From: Phycisphaera mikurensis NBRC 102666
GTDB taxonomy: Bacteria; Planctomycetota; Phycisphaerae; Phycisphaerales; Phycisphaeraceae
Length of the DNA stretch: 32,000 nucleotides
Assembly (NCBI RefSeq): GCF_000284115.1
Contig: NC_017080.1
Location: 660,001 to 692,000 of the forward strand
Direction: 5' to 3'
The position numbers and the translations under genes are program-made. Shown here piece by piece: positions 8,306 to 17,003 of this stretch (the first letter of the stretch is position 1; every line of letters begins with the position of its first letter). A model generated the notes under the pieces. That model did no database searches, was not told the DNA's origin, and saw nothing but the letters and a program-made list of their open reading frames with translations.

Positions 8306-8966
8306 ACGGCGCCGCATCGGCCCGGGCGCGCGACCGGGCGGGCGTGTCGAGCGAGCGCCAGAGCAGCCACGCCGCGAGCGTGCGGTGCGGACGCCACCGC
8401 TCGCCGATGGCGGCGGTCTCCCGGGCCGTTGGCCGCTGGGCCAGGCCGAGCACGCGGCCGGTGGCGATGCGGATCGCGAGGTCGTCCACCGGCCAGACGT
8501 CCGGTCGGGCGGCCCCGAAGATCAGCCACATCTGCGCGGTCCAGCGGCCGACCCCGCGGACCGCGGTGAGCGCGGCGACCGCCTCGTCGTCTCCCATGCG
8601 GTTGAGCTTCCGCGCGTCCAGCCGGCCCCCGGCGAAGTGCTCCGCGAGGTCGACCAGGTACGACTTCTTCTGGCGCGACAGCCCGCAGAAGCGGAGCGTG
8701 TCGTCGTCGAGGCTCCCGTCGCGGCACGCCGCGAGGACGCTCGCGGGCGTCGCCCGGCCGGCGTGCGCCTCGAAGCGCGCGAACAGCGTCGCCGCCCCCT
8801 TGGCCGAGAGTTGCTGCGCGAAGACGGCGCGGGCCAGCCGGCGGAACACGCCCCGCTCCGGGGCGAAGGGGCACGGCGGCGCGCTCGCGATCAGCGGGCC
8901 CAGGTGCGGGTCTGTGCGGAGGGCCCGGGTGCCGGCGTCCCACCGGGAGGAGGCGGGTTCGGGCAT
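8217..8966 (-). CDS. DNA-3-methyladenine glycosylase II family (AlkA-like, HhH-GPD)
   Basis: ORF 8217..9101 trimmed to the ATG at 8966 (MPEPASSRWDAGTRALRTDPHLGPLI...). The HhH-GPD signature is LTAVRGVGRWTAQMWLIFGAARPDVWPVDDLAIR. The last ~40 aa are Pro/Arg/Ala-rich low complexity and overlap the serA 3' end. Confidence 0.8.
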   Translation of the reverse strand: MPEPASSRWDAGTRALRTDPHLGPLIASAPPCPFAPERGVFRRLARAVFAQQLSAKGAATLFARFEAHAGRATPASVLAACRDGSLDDDTLRFCGLSRQKKSYLVDLAEHFAGGRLDARKLNRMGDDEAVAALTAVRGVGRWTAQMWLIFGAARPDVWPVDDLAIRIATGRVLGLAQRPTARETAAIGERWRPHRTLAAWLLWRSLDTPARSRARADAAPSRPAPRRPSAPPAGPPGPRAIPPARRRRA

Positions 8967-9154
8967 CCCCGCAACGTAGCCGGCGGCGGCGCACCACGCC
9001 CGGCTTCCGGGGCGCCTCCGCGGGCGGGTCGTGCGCCCCGCTCCGTCGGCCGCGTCGCCCCGCGGAGGCGGGGTGGCTCCGTCTTCTCGCGAAGGACACA
9101 CCCCGCGGACGCAGGCCGATCCGGAAGCGGCGCACGATGCTCTAGCTTCTCCGC

Positions 9155-9655
9155 ATGGATCAGCCGCGACGACGGAACCTGCACTTCCAGAAGCTCGACG
9201 ACCTCGTCGCCGACGCCCGGGCGGTCGCCCTGCACCCGCACGAAACCACCGGGAACTGGAACGCCTCGCAGATCCTGCTGCACGTCGCGGCGCTGATCGG
9301 CGTGGCCAACCGCGGGACCGACGTCCGCCTGCCGCTGCCGGTCCGGCTCGTGGGGAAGGCGTTGAGAGCGTTCGGGATCCACCGCCGCGAGATCCGCGCC
9401 GGGATCAAGGCGCCACCGGCGCTGATGGCAGAGAACGACGCCAACGCTTGCGTGCCGGTGGAGGAGGCGGTGGCCACGCTGGAGCGCGAGGTGGCCGAGG
9501 CCCAGGCCAAGCCGATGTCGCACCCGAGCCCGCTCTTCGGGAAGCTCAGCCACGACGACTGGGTGGCCCTGCACTGCCGCCACGCCGAGCTGCACTTCTC
9601 GTTCCTCCAGCCGACGCCCGATCCGGTCGCGGGTGCGCCGACCGGCGGCGGCTGA
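9155..9655 (+). CDS. DUF1569 / DinB-superfamily protein
   Basis: 166-aa ORF with an ATG start. The C-terminal pattern SHPSPLFGKLSHDDWVALHCRHAELHFSFL matches the DUF1569 four-helix-bundle family (HPxFGxLxxxxWxxxxxxHxxHH). Confidence 0.7.
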   Translation: MDQPRRRNLHFQKLDDLVADARAVALHPHETTGNWNASQILLHVAALIGVANRGTDVRLPLPVRLVGKALRAFGIHRREIRAGIKAPPALMAENDANACVPVEEAVATLEREVAEAQAKPMSHPSPLFGKLSHDDWVALHCRHAELHFSFLQPTPDPVAGAPTGGG

Positions 9656-9665
9656 ACCGACTTCT

Positions 9666-11063
9666 TCAGCCTCTGGCCGTTTTGCGGTACGCCGCCTGCA
9701 TCGCCGCCGAGACGGTCGGGTAGGTCAGCACGGCGTCGCAGAGCCGGCTCTGCGAGCAGCCCTCGTGGATCGCGACCGCGAAGACGTTGACGACCTCCTC
9801 GCTCTCGGGCCCGGCGAGGTGGGCGCCGATCAGGCGGCGATCGGCGTCGAAGATCAGCTTGTAGAAGGCGTGCTCCACGCCGAGCTGGCGGTAGAACTTC
9901 TTGGTGGTGAGGTCGCCGCTGGCGACGTGGAGGGCGCCGCCGTGGGCGCGGCGTGCGTCGGCTTCGGTGAGGCCGACCGAGGCGAGCGTCGGCGTGGTGA
10001 AGGCCACGGTGGCGATCGGCTGGTCCTCCACCTCGAGCAGGGCCCCTCCGTTCGCGGCGGCGGCGAGATTCTTCACCAGCACCCGGGCGTCGGCCACCGC
10101 GGTGGGGATGAGCGCGGGCCGGCCGGTGTCGGCCACGTCGCCCCCGGCCCAGACGCGCGGGTTGCCGGGGCTCCGCAGGGTCGCGTCGACCTTCACGCCC
10201 GCCGCGCCCGCCTCCACGCCCGCCGCCTCCAGCCCGAGGCCGTCGACCGAAGCGACGCGGCCGGTGGCGTTGACCACCAGGTCCGCGACCGCGGCGGGTG
10301 CGTCCGCGTCGGTGAAGACCGCGACGCCGTCGCCGCGGGGCTCCAGCCGGGTCGCCCGCGCCCCGGCGACCAGCCGCACGCCGTGGGGGCCGAGTGTCGG
10401 CAGCGCCGCCTCGAGCACCGCGACGGCGTCGGCGTCGAAGCCGGTGAGCGGGTGCTCCCGCGAGCCGATCACCACGACCTCGCGGCCGGCGAGGGCCGCC
10501 GCGCACGCGAACTCCATCCCGATGTAGCCCGAGCCGATCATCGCGACGCGCGGCGGCAGGTCGTCGAGCTCCAGGAAGGCGTCGGAGTCGATCGCCAGCG
10601 CCCCGCCGGGGATCTCCAGCGGGCGGGGGTGCTGGCCGGTCGCGACCACCACGGCTCCGGCCCGCACCTCCCGGCCGTCGCTGAGGCGCAGCGTGTCCGG
10701 CCCGGTGAAGGCGGCGGTGCCGGCGTGCAGCTCCACCCCCGCCGCCGCGAGGTCCTGGCGCGTCCGCGGGTCGGTCACACGCGTGAAGCTCTTCTTGAAG
10801 GCGGCCGTTCTCGACCAGTCCATCGAGAGCTCGCCGACGACCCCGCCGCCCGCCGCCTGCAGCCGCTGCACCGCGTGCACCACCGCGGCGGCGTGGACGT
10901 ACGGCTTCTTCGCGTCGCAGCCGCGGTTGGGGCAGGTGCCGCCGAAGTCGCCGGCCTCGACGAGCAGCACGCTGCACCCGCGCTCGCGGCCGTTGTAGGC
11001 GGCGGTCTGCCCCACCGCCCCGGAACCCAGGACGACCCGATCGAAGGCGTGCGTGCGGCTCAT
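9666..11063 (-). CDS. Class I pyridine nucleotide-disulfide oxidoreductase (glutathione/dihydrolipoamide reductase family)
   Basis: 465-aa ORF with an ATG start. FAD site VVLGSGAVGQTAA...LVE, redox-active CxxxxC (GGTCPNRGCDAKK), second Rossmann motif MIGSGYIGMEFA and GDVAD. A C-terminal dimerisation domain is present. Confidence 0.85.
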   Translation of the reverse strand: MSRTHAFDRVVLGSGAVGQTAAYNGRERGCSVLLVEAGDFGGTCPNRGCDAKKPYVHAAAVVHAVQRLQAAGGGVVGELSMDWSRTAAFKKSFTRVTDPRTRQDLAAAGVELHAGTAAFTGPDTLRLSDGREVRAGAVVVATGQHPRPLEIPGGALAIDSDAFLELDDLPPRVAMIGSGYIGMEFACAAALAGREVVVIGSREHPLTGFDADAVAVLEAALPTLGPHGVRLVAGARATRLEPRGDGVAVFTDADAPAAVADLVVNATGRVASVDGLGLEAAGVEAGAAGVKVDATLRSPGNPRVWAGGDVADTGRPALIPTAVADARVLVKNLAAAANGGALLEVEDQPIATVAFTTPTLASVGLTEADARRAHGGALHVASGDLTTKKFYRQLGVEHAFYKLIFDADRRLIGAHLAGPESEEVVNVFAVAIHEGCSQSRLCDAVLTYPTVSAAMQAAYRKTARG

Positions 11064-11134
11064 CGGCCGAAGCTAGCCGCCGCGGCGGCGGCCCGTCTTG
11101 CGGCGACCGCAGCGGCGAGGCCGCCGGCTCCCGC

Positions 11135-12604
11135 TCAGGACGCGTCCGCGTCCGGCGGCGTCGCCTCCCGCGTCACGGTCGCCTGGCCGGGCACGCCGAG
11201 GCGGCCCAGCGCGGCGGCGTCGGCGGTGAAGCCGACCGTCTTGGCGTCCCAGTGCTTGTAGGTGTGGCAGGTGCCCCGCATCCACAGCAGCGCCGTGTCG
11301 CCGCCGGGCCGACGCGGCACGACCGGCCGGGTGTTGTCCTCGGCGGAATCCCAGGTCACCGGCGTCCAGGCCCAGCTCGCGCCGCCGTCGCCGGTGACGC
11401 CCTTGAAGATCTCGTAGCGGTCGAGCTTGGCGTCGTCGCGCGGGTCCACCGGCGTGGAGACGAAGATCAGGTCGGGGTTCTCGGGGTGCAGCGCGACCAG
11501 GCCGGTGTAGTCGTTCTCGGCTTTGTAGAGGTAGCCGCCGGCGCGGGCGACCTCGTGGACGGCCCAGGACGAGCCGTCGTGGCGGGCGTAGAAGAAGCGG
11601 TGGTCGCCGTCGTCGTCCCGCGCCCGGGCGCTGAAGACGGTCCAGGGGTTGCCGTCGTCGTCCACGTCCAGGTCGATCGTCCAGCCGCGGTGCATCGGCA
11701 CGCCGGCGAAGCGCTGGCCGGGCGTGAGCAGGGCGGTGAAGTCGGCGGCGTGGTGCGGGCTCCGGGGCTCGCGGGCCAGCGGGCCGAGCACGGTGCCGCC
11801 GGAGGCCTCGAGCTTGCCCGCCCGCAGCACCCCGTGGTAGACGCCGTTGTCCTCGTCGCGCGGGTGGCCGTCGGTCGTCGTGAAGTGCACGCTGCCGTCG
11901 GCGCCGGGCGCGTACTTGACGTAGGGCCGCTGGTTCCCCGCGCCGTTGCCGTCGGGCCCGGTGAGCAGCTTCCCGCCGTAGGTCCAGGTGCCGCCGTCGT
12001 CCTCGGAGACGAACCAGTTGGGGTCGTACCCGTTGGACCGGGCGAAGTTGAGGAGCCGCGTCCGCCCGTCGGCCATCTTCGCCGGGACGATGTTGCTGTA
12101 GCAGATCTCGGCGTTGTGCCGCATCTGCTTCTCCTGGGACCAGGCCGTCGGATCGTGCGGGTTCGTTGACACCCGGTAGCGGATGAGGTTCTCGCCCCAG
12201 TGCCGCGCGTACAGCGCGACGTAGCGCCCGTCGGCCCGGACGTGGATCGCGGCGCTGTTGTGGTCGTCCGGCGGCATGCCGGTGTTGAGCGTGAAGGCGC
12301 CGGTCTGGCCGGTTGCGAGGTTCCGCCAGAGCAGGTCGATGTCGCCGCGACCGGGCGTGCCCTCGGGCCCGAAGCCGACCGTCGACGCCAGCAGGATCGG
12401 GCCCCCGGGCGCGTCGTCGTCGATCACCACGCGCTCGTCCTGATACCAGCACCAGGCGCCCCCGGTGTCGGGCCGCTCGGACGTGAGGTCAAACACTTCG
12501 GGGACCGCGTTCACCGCGGCAGCGTAAGCCGTTCCCGTGGCGACCGGCAGGAGCGTGCCGGAGGCCAGGAGGAGCGCGAGAGCGGGAAGCAGAGGCAGGC
12601 GCAT
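11135..12604 (-). CDS. Secreted BNR/Asp-box beta-propeller protein (sialidase-like fold)
   Basis: ORF 11135..12643 begins at a GTG. I prefer the ATG at 12604 because it gives a clean signal peptide (MRLPLLPALALLLASGTLLPVATGTAYAAAV). Asp-box motifs SEDDGGTW and TGDGGASW are present, and the overall pattern resembles the BNR-repeat (BNR_4-like) family. Confidence 0.75.
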   Translation of the reverse strand: MRLPLLPALALLLASGTLLPVATGTAYAAAVNAVPEVFDLTSERPDTGGAWCWYQDERVVIDDDAPGGPILLASTVGFGPEGTPGRGDIDLLWRNLATGQTGAFTLNTGMPPDDHNSAAIHVRADGRYVALYARHWGENLIRYRVSTNPHDPTAWSQEKQMRHNAEICYSNIVPAKMADGRTRLLNFARSNGYDPNWFVSEDDGGTWTYGGKLLTGPDGNGAGNQRPYVKYAPGADGSVHFTTTDGHPRDEDNGVYHGVLRAGKLEASGGTVLGPLAREPRSPHHAADFTALLTPGQRFAGVPMHRGWTIDLDVDDDGNPWTVFSARARDDDGDHRFFYARHDGSSWAVHEVARAGGYLYKAENDYTGLVALHPENPDLIFVSTPVDPRDDAKLDRYEIFKGVTGDGGASWAWTPVTWDSAEDNTRPVVPRRPGGDTALLWMRGTCHTYKHWDAKTVGFTADAAALGRLGVPGQATVTREATPPDADAS

Positions 12605-12683
12605 GAGCGGATTCCGGAAGGATGGGAAGCGGTCGAATGTCACATGTTAACTAAAGGACCATCCCGCACCGGCCGCCGCCCGG

Positions 12684-12729
12684 CCGCGGACCGCCGCGCC
12701 CGCCGGTCGCTCGGCCTCGCGGTCCGCGG
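12684..12729. repeat. Copy D of dispersed 46-bp palindromic element
   Basis: CCGCGGACCG at 12684-12693, 26-nt spacer, CGGTCCGCGG at 12720-12729. Lies in the divergent intergenic region between the BNR gene and rsmB. Confidence 0.85.
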
Positions 12730-12852
12730 CCCCGCCCGCCGCCCGCCGCCCGCCGCGCGTACCCTCGGCCCCTCGCCCACCCGCGGAGCGGACCCCTGCC
12801 AAGCCAAGCCCGGTGGGCCGCCACCGCCTACCTCAAGAAGTCCGCCGAGGCG

Positions 12853-14091
12853 ATGCCGGAGCTGCAGCCCGCCGAACCGGCCGCGCTGGGCGAGGGGCTC
12901 TCGCCCGCCGACGCCCGGCTCGCGCTCGCGATCGTGCGGACCGTGCACCAGCGTTGGCTGACGCTGGGGCCGCTGCTGCAGTCGGTCGGCTGCCCGGCGG
13001 TGTCGACGCTGTCGCCGGGGCTGCAGGCCGTGCTGCTCGGCGCCGCCGCCCAGCTGCTGTTCTTCGACCGGCTGCCCGCCCGCGCCGTCGTCCACGAGGC
13101 GGTGGACCTCGCCCGGCGCTTCGCCAATCCCAACGCCGCCGGCTTCGTCAACGCGGTGCTGCGCGCGCTGGACGAGGCGGTGATGTCGTCGCCCGAGGCG
13201 ACGGGCGAGCCCTGGACGCCGGGGAGGTCCCGGCTGCCGGTGGACCCGCGTGGCGGCCAGGCCCTCACCTCCCGCCCGCTCTGGGGCGACCTGCTCCCCG
13301 ACCCGTCGAACCCGGTGCGGCACCTCGCCGCCGCGTGCAGCCTGCCGCGGCCGCTGGTCCGCGCGCTGGTCGAGGCCCACGGCCCCGAGGCCGCCGCGGG
13401 CGTCGCCGCGGCGGCGGTCCGGCGGCCCCCGGTCTTCGTGGCCGAGGGCACCGGTCCGCCCGAGCGGTACGACGGTGCGCCCGTCTGGCTCGCCGCCCAC
13501 CTCGCCGAGAACCCCGCCCGCCGCGTGCAGGACCCGGCGTCGGCGCTCGCGGTGGCCGCGACCGCGGGCTTGACGCCGCGGAGGGTCCTGGACCTCTGCG
13601 CCGGCCGCGGCACCAAGACCCGGCAGCTGCTCGCGACCCACCCCGACGCCGAGGTGTCGGCCTGGGACCCCGACGCGGAGCGTGCCCGCGACCTGGCGGC
13701 GATCCCCGGCGTGGACGTCGGCGAACCGGCGGCCGACGCGCGTTTCGACCTCGTCCTGCTCGACGTCCCGTGCACGAACACCGGCGTGCTCGCCCGCCGG
13801 CCCGAGGCCCGCTACCGCTGGAGCGCCCGGCGGCTCGCCTCGCTGGTCGCCCTGCAGCGCGAGATCCTCACCCGCGGCGCCGGGTTCGTCGCCCCCGGCG
13901 GGCACCTGCTCTACAGCACCTGCTCGGTGGATCCCGCGGAGAACCAGGAGCAGGCGGCGTGGCTCCTGGGCCAGCCCGCGGGCGCACGCTTCGCGCCCGT
14001 GGGCGAGCGCCTGCGCCTGCCCGGCGGCGTGGGCGAGGCCTACGCGGACGGCAGTTACCATTCGCTCTTCTGCGCGGGGTCCCGACCATGA
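12853..14091 (+). CDS. rsmB: 16S rRNA (cytosine-C5)-methyltransferase RsmB/Sun family
   Basis: 412-aa ORF. NusB-like N-terminal region (FANPNAAGFVNAVLRAL), SAM-binding motif VLDLCAGRGTKT, and the catalytic Cys motifs DVPCTNTGV and YSTCSVDPAENQ. No in-frame ATG/GTG/TTG lies further upstream. Confidence 0.88.
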   Translation: MPELQPAEPAALGEGLSPADARLALAIVRTVHQRWLTLGPLLQSVGCPAVSTLSPGLQAVLLGAAAQLLFFDRLPARAVVHEAVDLARRFANPNAAGFVNAVLRALDEAVMSSPEATGEPWTPGRSRLPVDPRGGQALTSRPLWGDLLPDPSNPVRHLAAACSLPRPLVRALVEAHGPEAAAGVAAAAVRRPPVFVAEGTGPPERYDGAPVWLAAHLAENPARRVQDPASALAVAATAGLTPRRVLDLCAGRGTKTRQLLATHPDAEVSAWDPDAERARDLAAIPGVDVGEPAADARFDLVLLDVPCTNTGVLARRPEARYRWSARRLASLVALQREILTRGAGFVAPGGHLLYSTCSVDPAENQEQAAWLLGQPAGARFAPVGERLRLPGGVGEAYADGSYHSLFCAGSRP

Positions 14092-14522
14092 CCGACAGCA
14101 CCGAGCCACTCGTCCTGATGGAGCTCTCGCGGGTGTTGATCCGCGAGACCGAGGACACGCACTTCCTGGAGCTCCGCGAGGCCGAGCCCGACGCCGACCA
14201 CGAGGCGCGGACCTTCCCGATCGTCATCGGCTTCACGGAGGCCGCCGCCATCGAGCGGCGGCTGATGGGGCAGACGCCCGAGCGGCCGCAGACCCACGAG
14301 CTGCTCTCCGCGGTCATCGAGCGGCTCAACCACGTGCTCGACCGCGTCGTCATCAACGACTTGCACGACCAGACCTTCTTCGCCCGCGTCCACCTGCGGC
14401 ACCGCGGCAGCGGCGAGGTGGTCGAACTGGACGCCCGGCCCAGTGACGCGATCGCGCTGTCGGCGGACCGCGAGACGCCGATCTTCGTGGCCGAGCACGT
14501 GCTCTCGCACGTCAACGCCTAG
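14088..14522 (+). CDS. Bifunctional nuclease domain protein (DUF151/BFN)
   Basis: In-frame tail of ORF 12813..14522, starting at the ATG at 14088. This start overlaps the rsmB stop as ATGA. The 144-aa product contains FPIVIGFTEAAAIERRL, RPQTHELL and LDARPSDAIALS...PIFVAEHVL, which match the DUF151 pattern. Confidence 0.85.
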   Translation: MTDSTEPLVLMELSRVLIRETEDTHFLELREAEPDADHEARTFPIVIGFTEAAAIERRLMGQTPERPQTHELLSAVIERLNHVLDRVVINDLHDQTFFARVHLRHRGSGEVVELDARPSDAIALSADRETPIFVAEHVLSHVNA

Positions 14523-14578
14523 CGCGCCAAGCTCGGTCAAGACGCGGCGCAGCATCCGGCCGCGGTAGCGTCCCGCCC

Positions 14579-15730
14579 ATGTCCGACCGCATCGCCGGCG
14601 CCCTGCTGCTCTCTGCCTACGGCGACGCCGCCGGGCTGCCGCACGAGGCGGGCGGGGGGCTGGACGGGGAGGCCGGCGACCCCGCGCGCGAGCCGCTGCC
14701 GGTCGTCGACACGTTCCGCGAGGCGGCGGCGGAGCCCTGGGGCGTGTGGTTCCCGCCGGAGGAGACGGCGGGGCTGCGGGGGGTGGTCAGCGACGACACG
14801 GCGACGAAGATCCGGCTCACCGAGCCCTGGCTGCGGTCGCGCCCGGACCGGTGGGCACCGGAGGCGAGGGACGCGCTGGGCGGCTTTGGGGCGCGAGCGG
14901 AGCCCGACCGGTCCGGAGAGTTCCGGGCGTGGCTGGCGGACCTCGTCCGCCCGGACCCGCCCCGCCCGGTGCCGGAGGTGGCGGCGGCGCAGGCCAGCGA
15001 CTGGATCGCCATGTTCGCGGCGCAGGAAGCCCGCACCCCCGGCCGGACCGTCTTCTACGAACCGGGCGTGCCGGTGGTCTTCGGCCCCTTCCTCTACCAG
15101 GGTCTCGCGCTCTCGCCCGCTTCCGCGGCGGCGCCGCTGAAGCGGGTCTTCGACCGCTTCGCCGGGATCTGCGCCCTCGACGAGGGCATCGCCAAGAGCG
15201 TCACCGGCGTCTTCGCCGCGCTCACCGCGGCCGCCGTGGACGCCCCGCACGACGCCGTGCCCTTCGACCCCTGGCTCCGCGGCACCCTCGAGCACCTCCG
15301 CGGCGTCGTCCGCGGGAGCCCGGGCGCCGACGAGCTCGTCGGCCGGATCGATGGGCTGCTCGGGGTTCGCTCCCTCGGCGGCGACCCCGAGGCCTTTCTC
15401 GCGTGGATGAAGTCCGGGCTCTACGACCACCCCGAGCGGGCACCCCGCCACGGCCTCAAGCCCTTCGACAGCCTGCTCCAGCTCAGCCAGGTCCTCGCCT
15501 GCCTGCTCCACGGCCGCGGCGACGCCGCCGCCACGATGGCCGTCGCCACCAACGTGCCCGGCGATGCCGACACGGTGGCCGCCTCCCTTGGGCTGATCCT
15601 CGGCGCCTGGCACGGCCGCGACGCGCTCATGAACAGCGGCCTCGCCGGGGGCCTCGCCGCCGTCGGGGCCACCACGCAGCGCCTCTTCGGCGTCGCGCTG
15701 AGCGAACGCGTCGCCGCCTACACGCCCTAG
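14579..15730 (+). CDS. ADP-ribosylglycohydrolase family protein
   Basis: 383-aa ORF with an ATG start. N-terminal DRIAGALLLSAYGDAAGLPHE, the SDDT motif (VVSDDTATK) and the C-terminal metal-site motif VPGDADTVAASLGLILGAWHG. Confidence 0.8.
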   Translation: MSDRIAGALLLSAYGDAAGLPHEAGGGLDGEAGDPAREPLPVVDTFREAAAEPWGVWFPPEETAGLRGVVSDDTATKIRLTEPWLRSRPDRWAPEARDALGGFGARAEPDRSGEFRAWLADLVRPDPPRPVPEVAAAQASDWIAMFAAQEARTPGRTVFYEPGVPVVFGPFLYQGLALSPASAAAPLKRVFDRFAGICALDEGIAKSVTGVFAALTAAAVDAPHDAVPFDPWLRGTLEHLRGVVRGSPGADELVGRIDGLLGVRSLGGDPEAFLAWMKSGLYDHPERAPRHGLKPFDSLLQLSQVLACLLHGRGDAAATMAVATNVPGDADTVAASLGLILGAWHGRDALMNSGLAGGLAAVGATTQRLFGVALSERVAAYTP

Positions 15731-15804
15731 CGCACCGCGCGTCCTCGCCGGATCGGTGAGCGCCCGCAGAGGCGATCCCGGGAAGGATGCACGGTGCGCT
15801 CCGA

Positions 15805-15850
15805 CCGCGGACCGCGAGCCTTCGCACCGGAAAACGACGACGGTCCGCGG
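15805..15850. repeat. Copy B of dispersed 46-bp palindromic element
   Basis: CCGCGGACCG at 15805-15814, 26-nt spacer, CGGTCCGCGG at 15841-15850. Lies in the convergent gap between the ARH gene and the zinc-ribbon gene. It is immediately followed by a second small hairpin, CGCACC-GGC-GGTGCG (15851-15865). Confidence 0.85.
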
Positions 15851-15911
15851 CGCACCGGCGGTGCGGGGGCCTCCGGCCCGGTGGATCGCGGCCGGCTCGA
15901 GGCGGAACCCC

Positions 15912-16664
15912 TCAGCGGCCCGCCAGCTCTTCTTTCATCTGGGTGTCGGCGACGAGGATCCGCCCGCACGAGGGGCAGTGGGTCAGCTCGTCGGGCCGGC
16001 TCAGCGTCGCGTTGACGGCCTGCACGGGCAGGCTCATGTAGCAGCCGCCGCAGGTGTACTCCATCCGCTTGCGGTCCTGCTCCTCGATGCCGCAGACGGC
16101 CTCGCCCTCGGTGTCTTCCTGCAGCCGGTCGTAGGTCCTGCGGATCTCCTCGGGCACCTCCGCGGCGGCCCGGTCGCGGTCGGCCTCGACGTCGCCCAGC
16201 CGGTCGCCCACCTCGGCGGTGGCCTCGGCGATCTCCGTCTCCGCTTCGCTCACCAGCTGCTTCTGCTCGGCCACCCTCTCCTGGGTCTTGCCCGCCTCGT
16301 TCGTCAGCGACTCGATGCGGCCCATCTGGTCGAGGGCGAGCGACTCGAGCTTGCCCTGCTGGATCTTGAGGTTGTTGACCTCCACCGAGAGGGCGCTGAA
16401 GGCTTTCGGGTCGCTGGTGTTCTGCAGCTGTTCCCGCAGCTTCTTCACACGCGCCTCGCTGTCCGAGGCCTCGCCCTCGAGCGTCGACGCGTGGGCCTTG
16501 GCCTTCTTCAGCTCCTCCGTCCGCTCGCGGTGCTGCTCCTCGAGCTGCGCCAGCCGCTCCTGTTGCAGGTCGCGGCGGCGGGTCGCGGCGTCGAGGCGGC
16601 GGCGGAGGGAGCGGACGTTGGAGTCCTTCTCAAAGAGCGTGGAAAGTTGGTCTTGCAGGGTCAA
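15912..16664 (-). CDS. COG1579-type coiled-coil protein with C-terminal C4 zinc ribbon
   Basis: ORF 15912..16766 has a long coiled coil followed by CGGC...(18 aa)...CPSC. The track start at 16766 is a GTG. I prefer the TTG at 16664 because GGAG lies 6 nt upstream and the ~250-aa size fits the family. The start is uncertain. Confidence 0.72.
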   Translation of the reverse strand: MTLQDQLSTLFEKDSNVRSLRRRLDAATRRRDLQQERLAQLEEQHRERTEELKKAKAHASTLEGEASDSEARVKKLREQLQNTSDPKAFSALSVEVNNLKIQQGKLESLALDQMGRIESLTNEAGKTQERVAEQKQLVSEAETEIAEATAEVGDRLGDVEADRDRAAAEVPEEIRRTYDRLQEDTEGEAVCGIEEQDRKRMEYTCGGCYMSLPVQAVNATLSRPDELTHCPSCGRILVADTQMKEELAGR

Positions 16665-16803
16665 AGCGGGCTCCAAGGCGGGGGGCGTCAGTGTAGAGCC
16701 GTTGGGGCCGCACGCGGGCGGCTGGGGCGGCTTGGCAAGCCTCCACGGCGTCGATACACTCCCCACCCGACGCCCGGCGGCGGCCCCCTCCGCGAGGAAC
16801 CCC

Positions 16804-16876
16804 GGGGCCTTAGCTCAGCTGGGAGAGCGCTTGTATGGCATACAAGAGGTCAGGAGTTCGATCCTCCTAGGCTCCA
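16804..16876 (+). tRNA. tRNA-Ala (anticodon GGC)
   Basis: GGGGCCT-TA-GCTC-AGCTGGGA-GAGC-G-CTTGT-ATGGCAT-ACAAG-AGGTC-AGGAG-TTCGATC-CTCCT-AGGCTCC-A folds as a cloverleaf. The anticodon loop AT-GGC-AT gives GGC. The G3:U70 alanine identity pair is present. CCA is not encoded. Confidence 0.93.
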
Positions 16877-16900
16877 CTCGCCTCCGGGTGTCGAATCAAG

Positions 16901-16932
16901 GGACCGCCGCCCGGCTTGCCGGGCGGCGGTCC
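16901..16932 (+). terminator. Perfect 14-bp stem / 4-nt loop hairpin after tRNA-Ala
   Basis: GGACCGCCGCCCGG-CTTG-CCGGGCGGCGGTCC, located 25 nt downstream of the tRNA 3' end. No U-tract follows. Confidence 0.55.
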
Positions 16933-17003
16933 TGCACGCCCCTGCCGCCCTCCGGGAGGACCGGGATTCCCCGGGGTGCCGGATCCGGTGCGCCCGGCGT
17001 AGG

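Noticed and set aside
14579-15730. ARH gene as the immunity/antitoxin half of an ADP-ribosyltransferase toxin pair
   Set aside because: No ART-like, DarT-like or other toxin-like ORF is adjacent. The neighbours are rsmB/DUF151 upstream and a convergent zinc-ribbon gene downstream.
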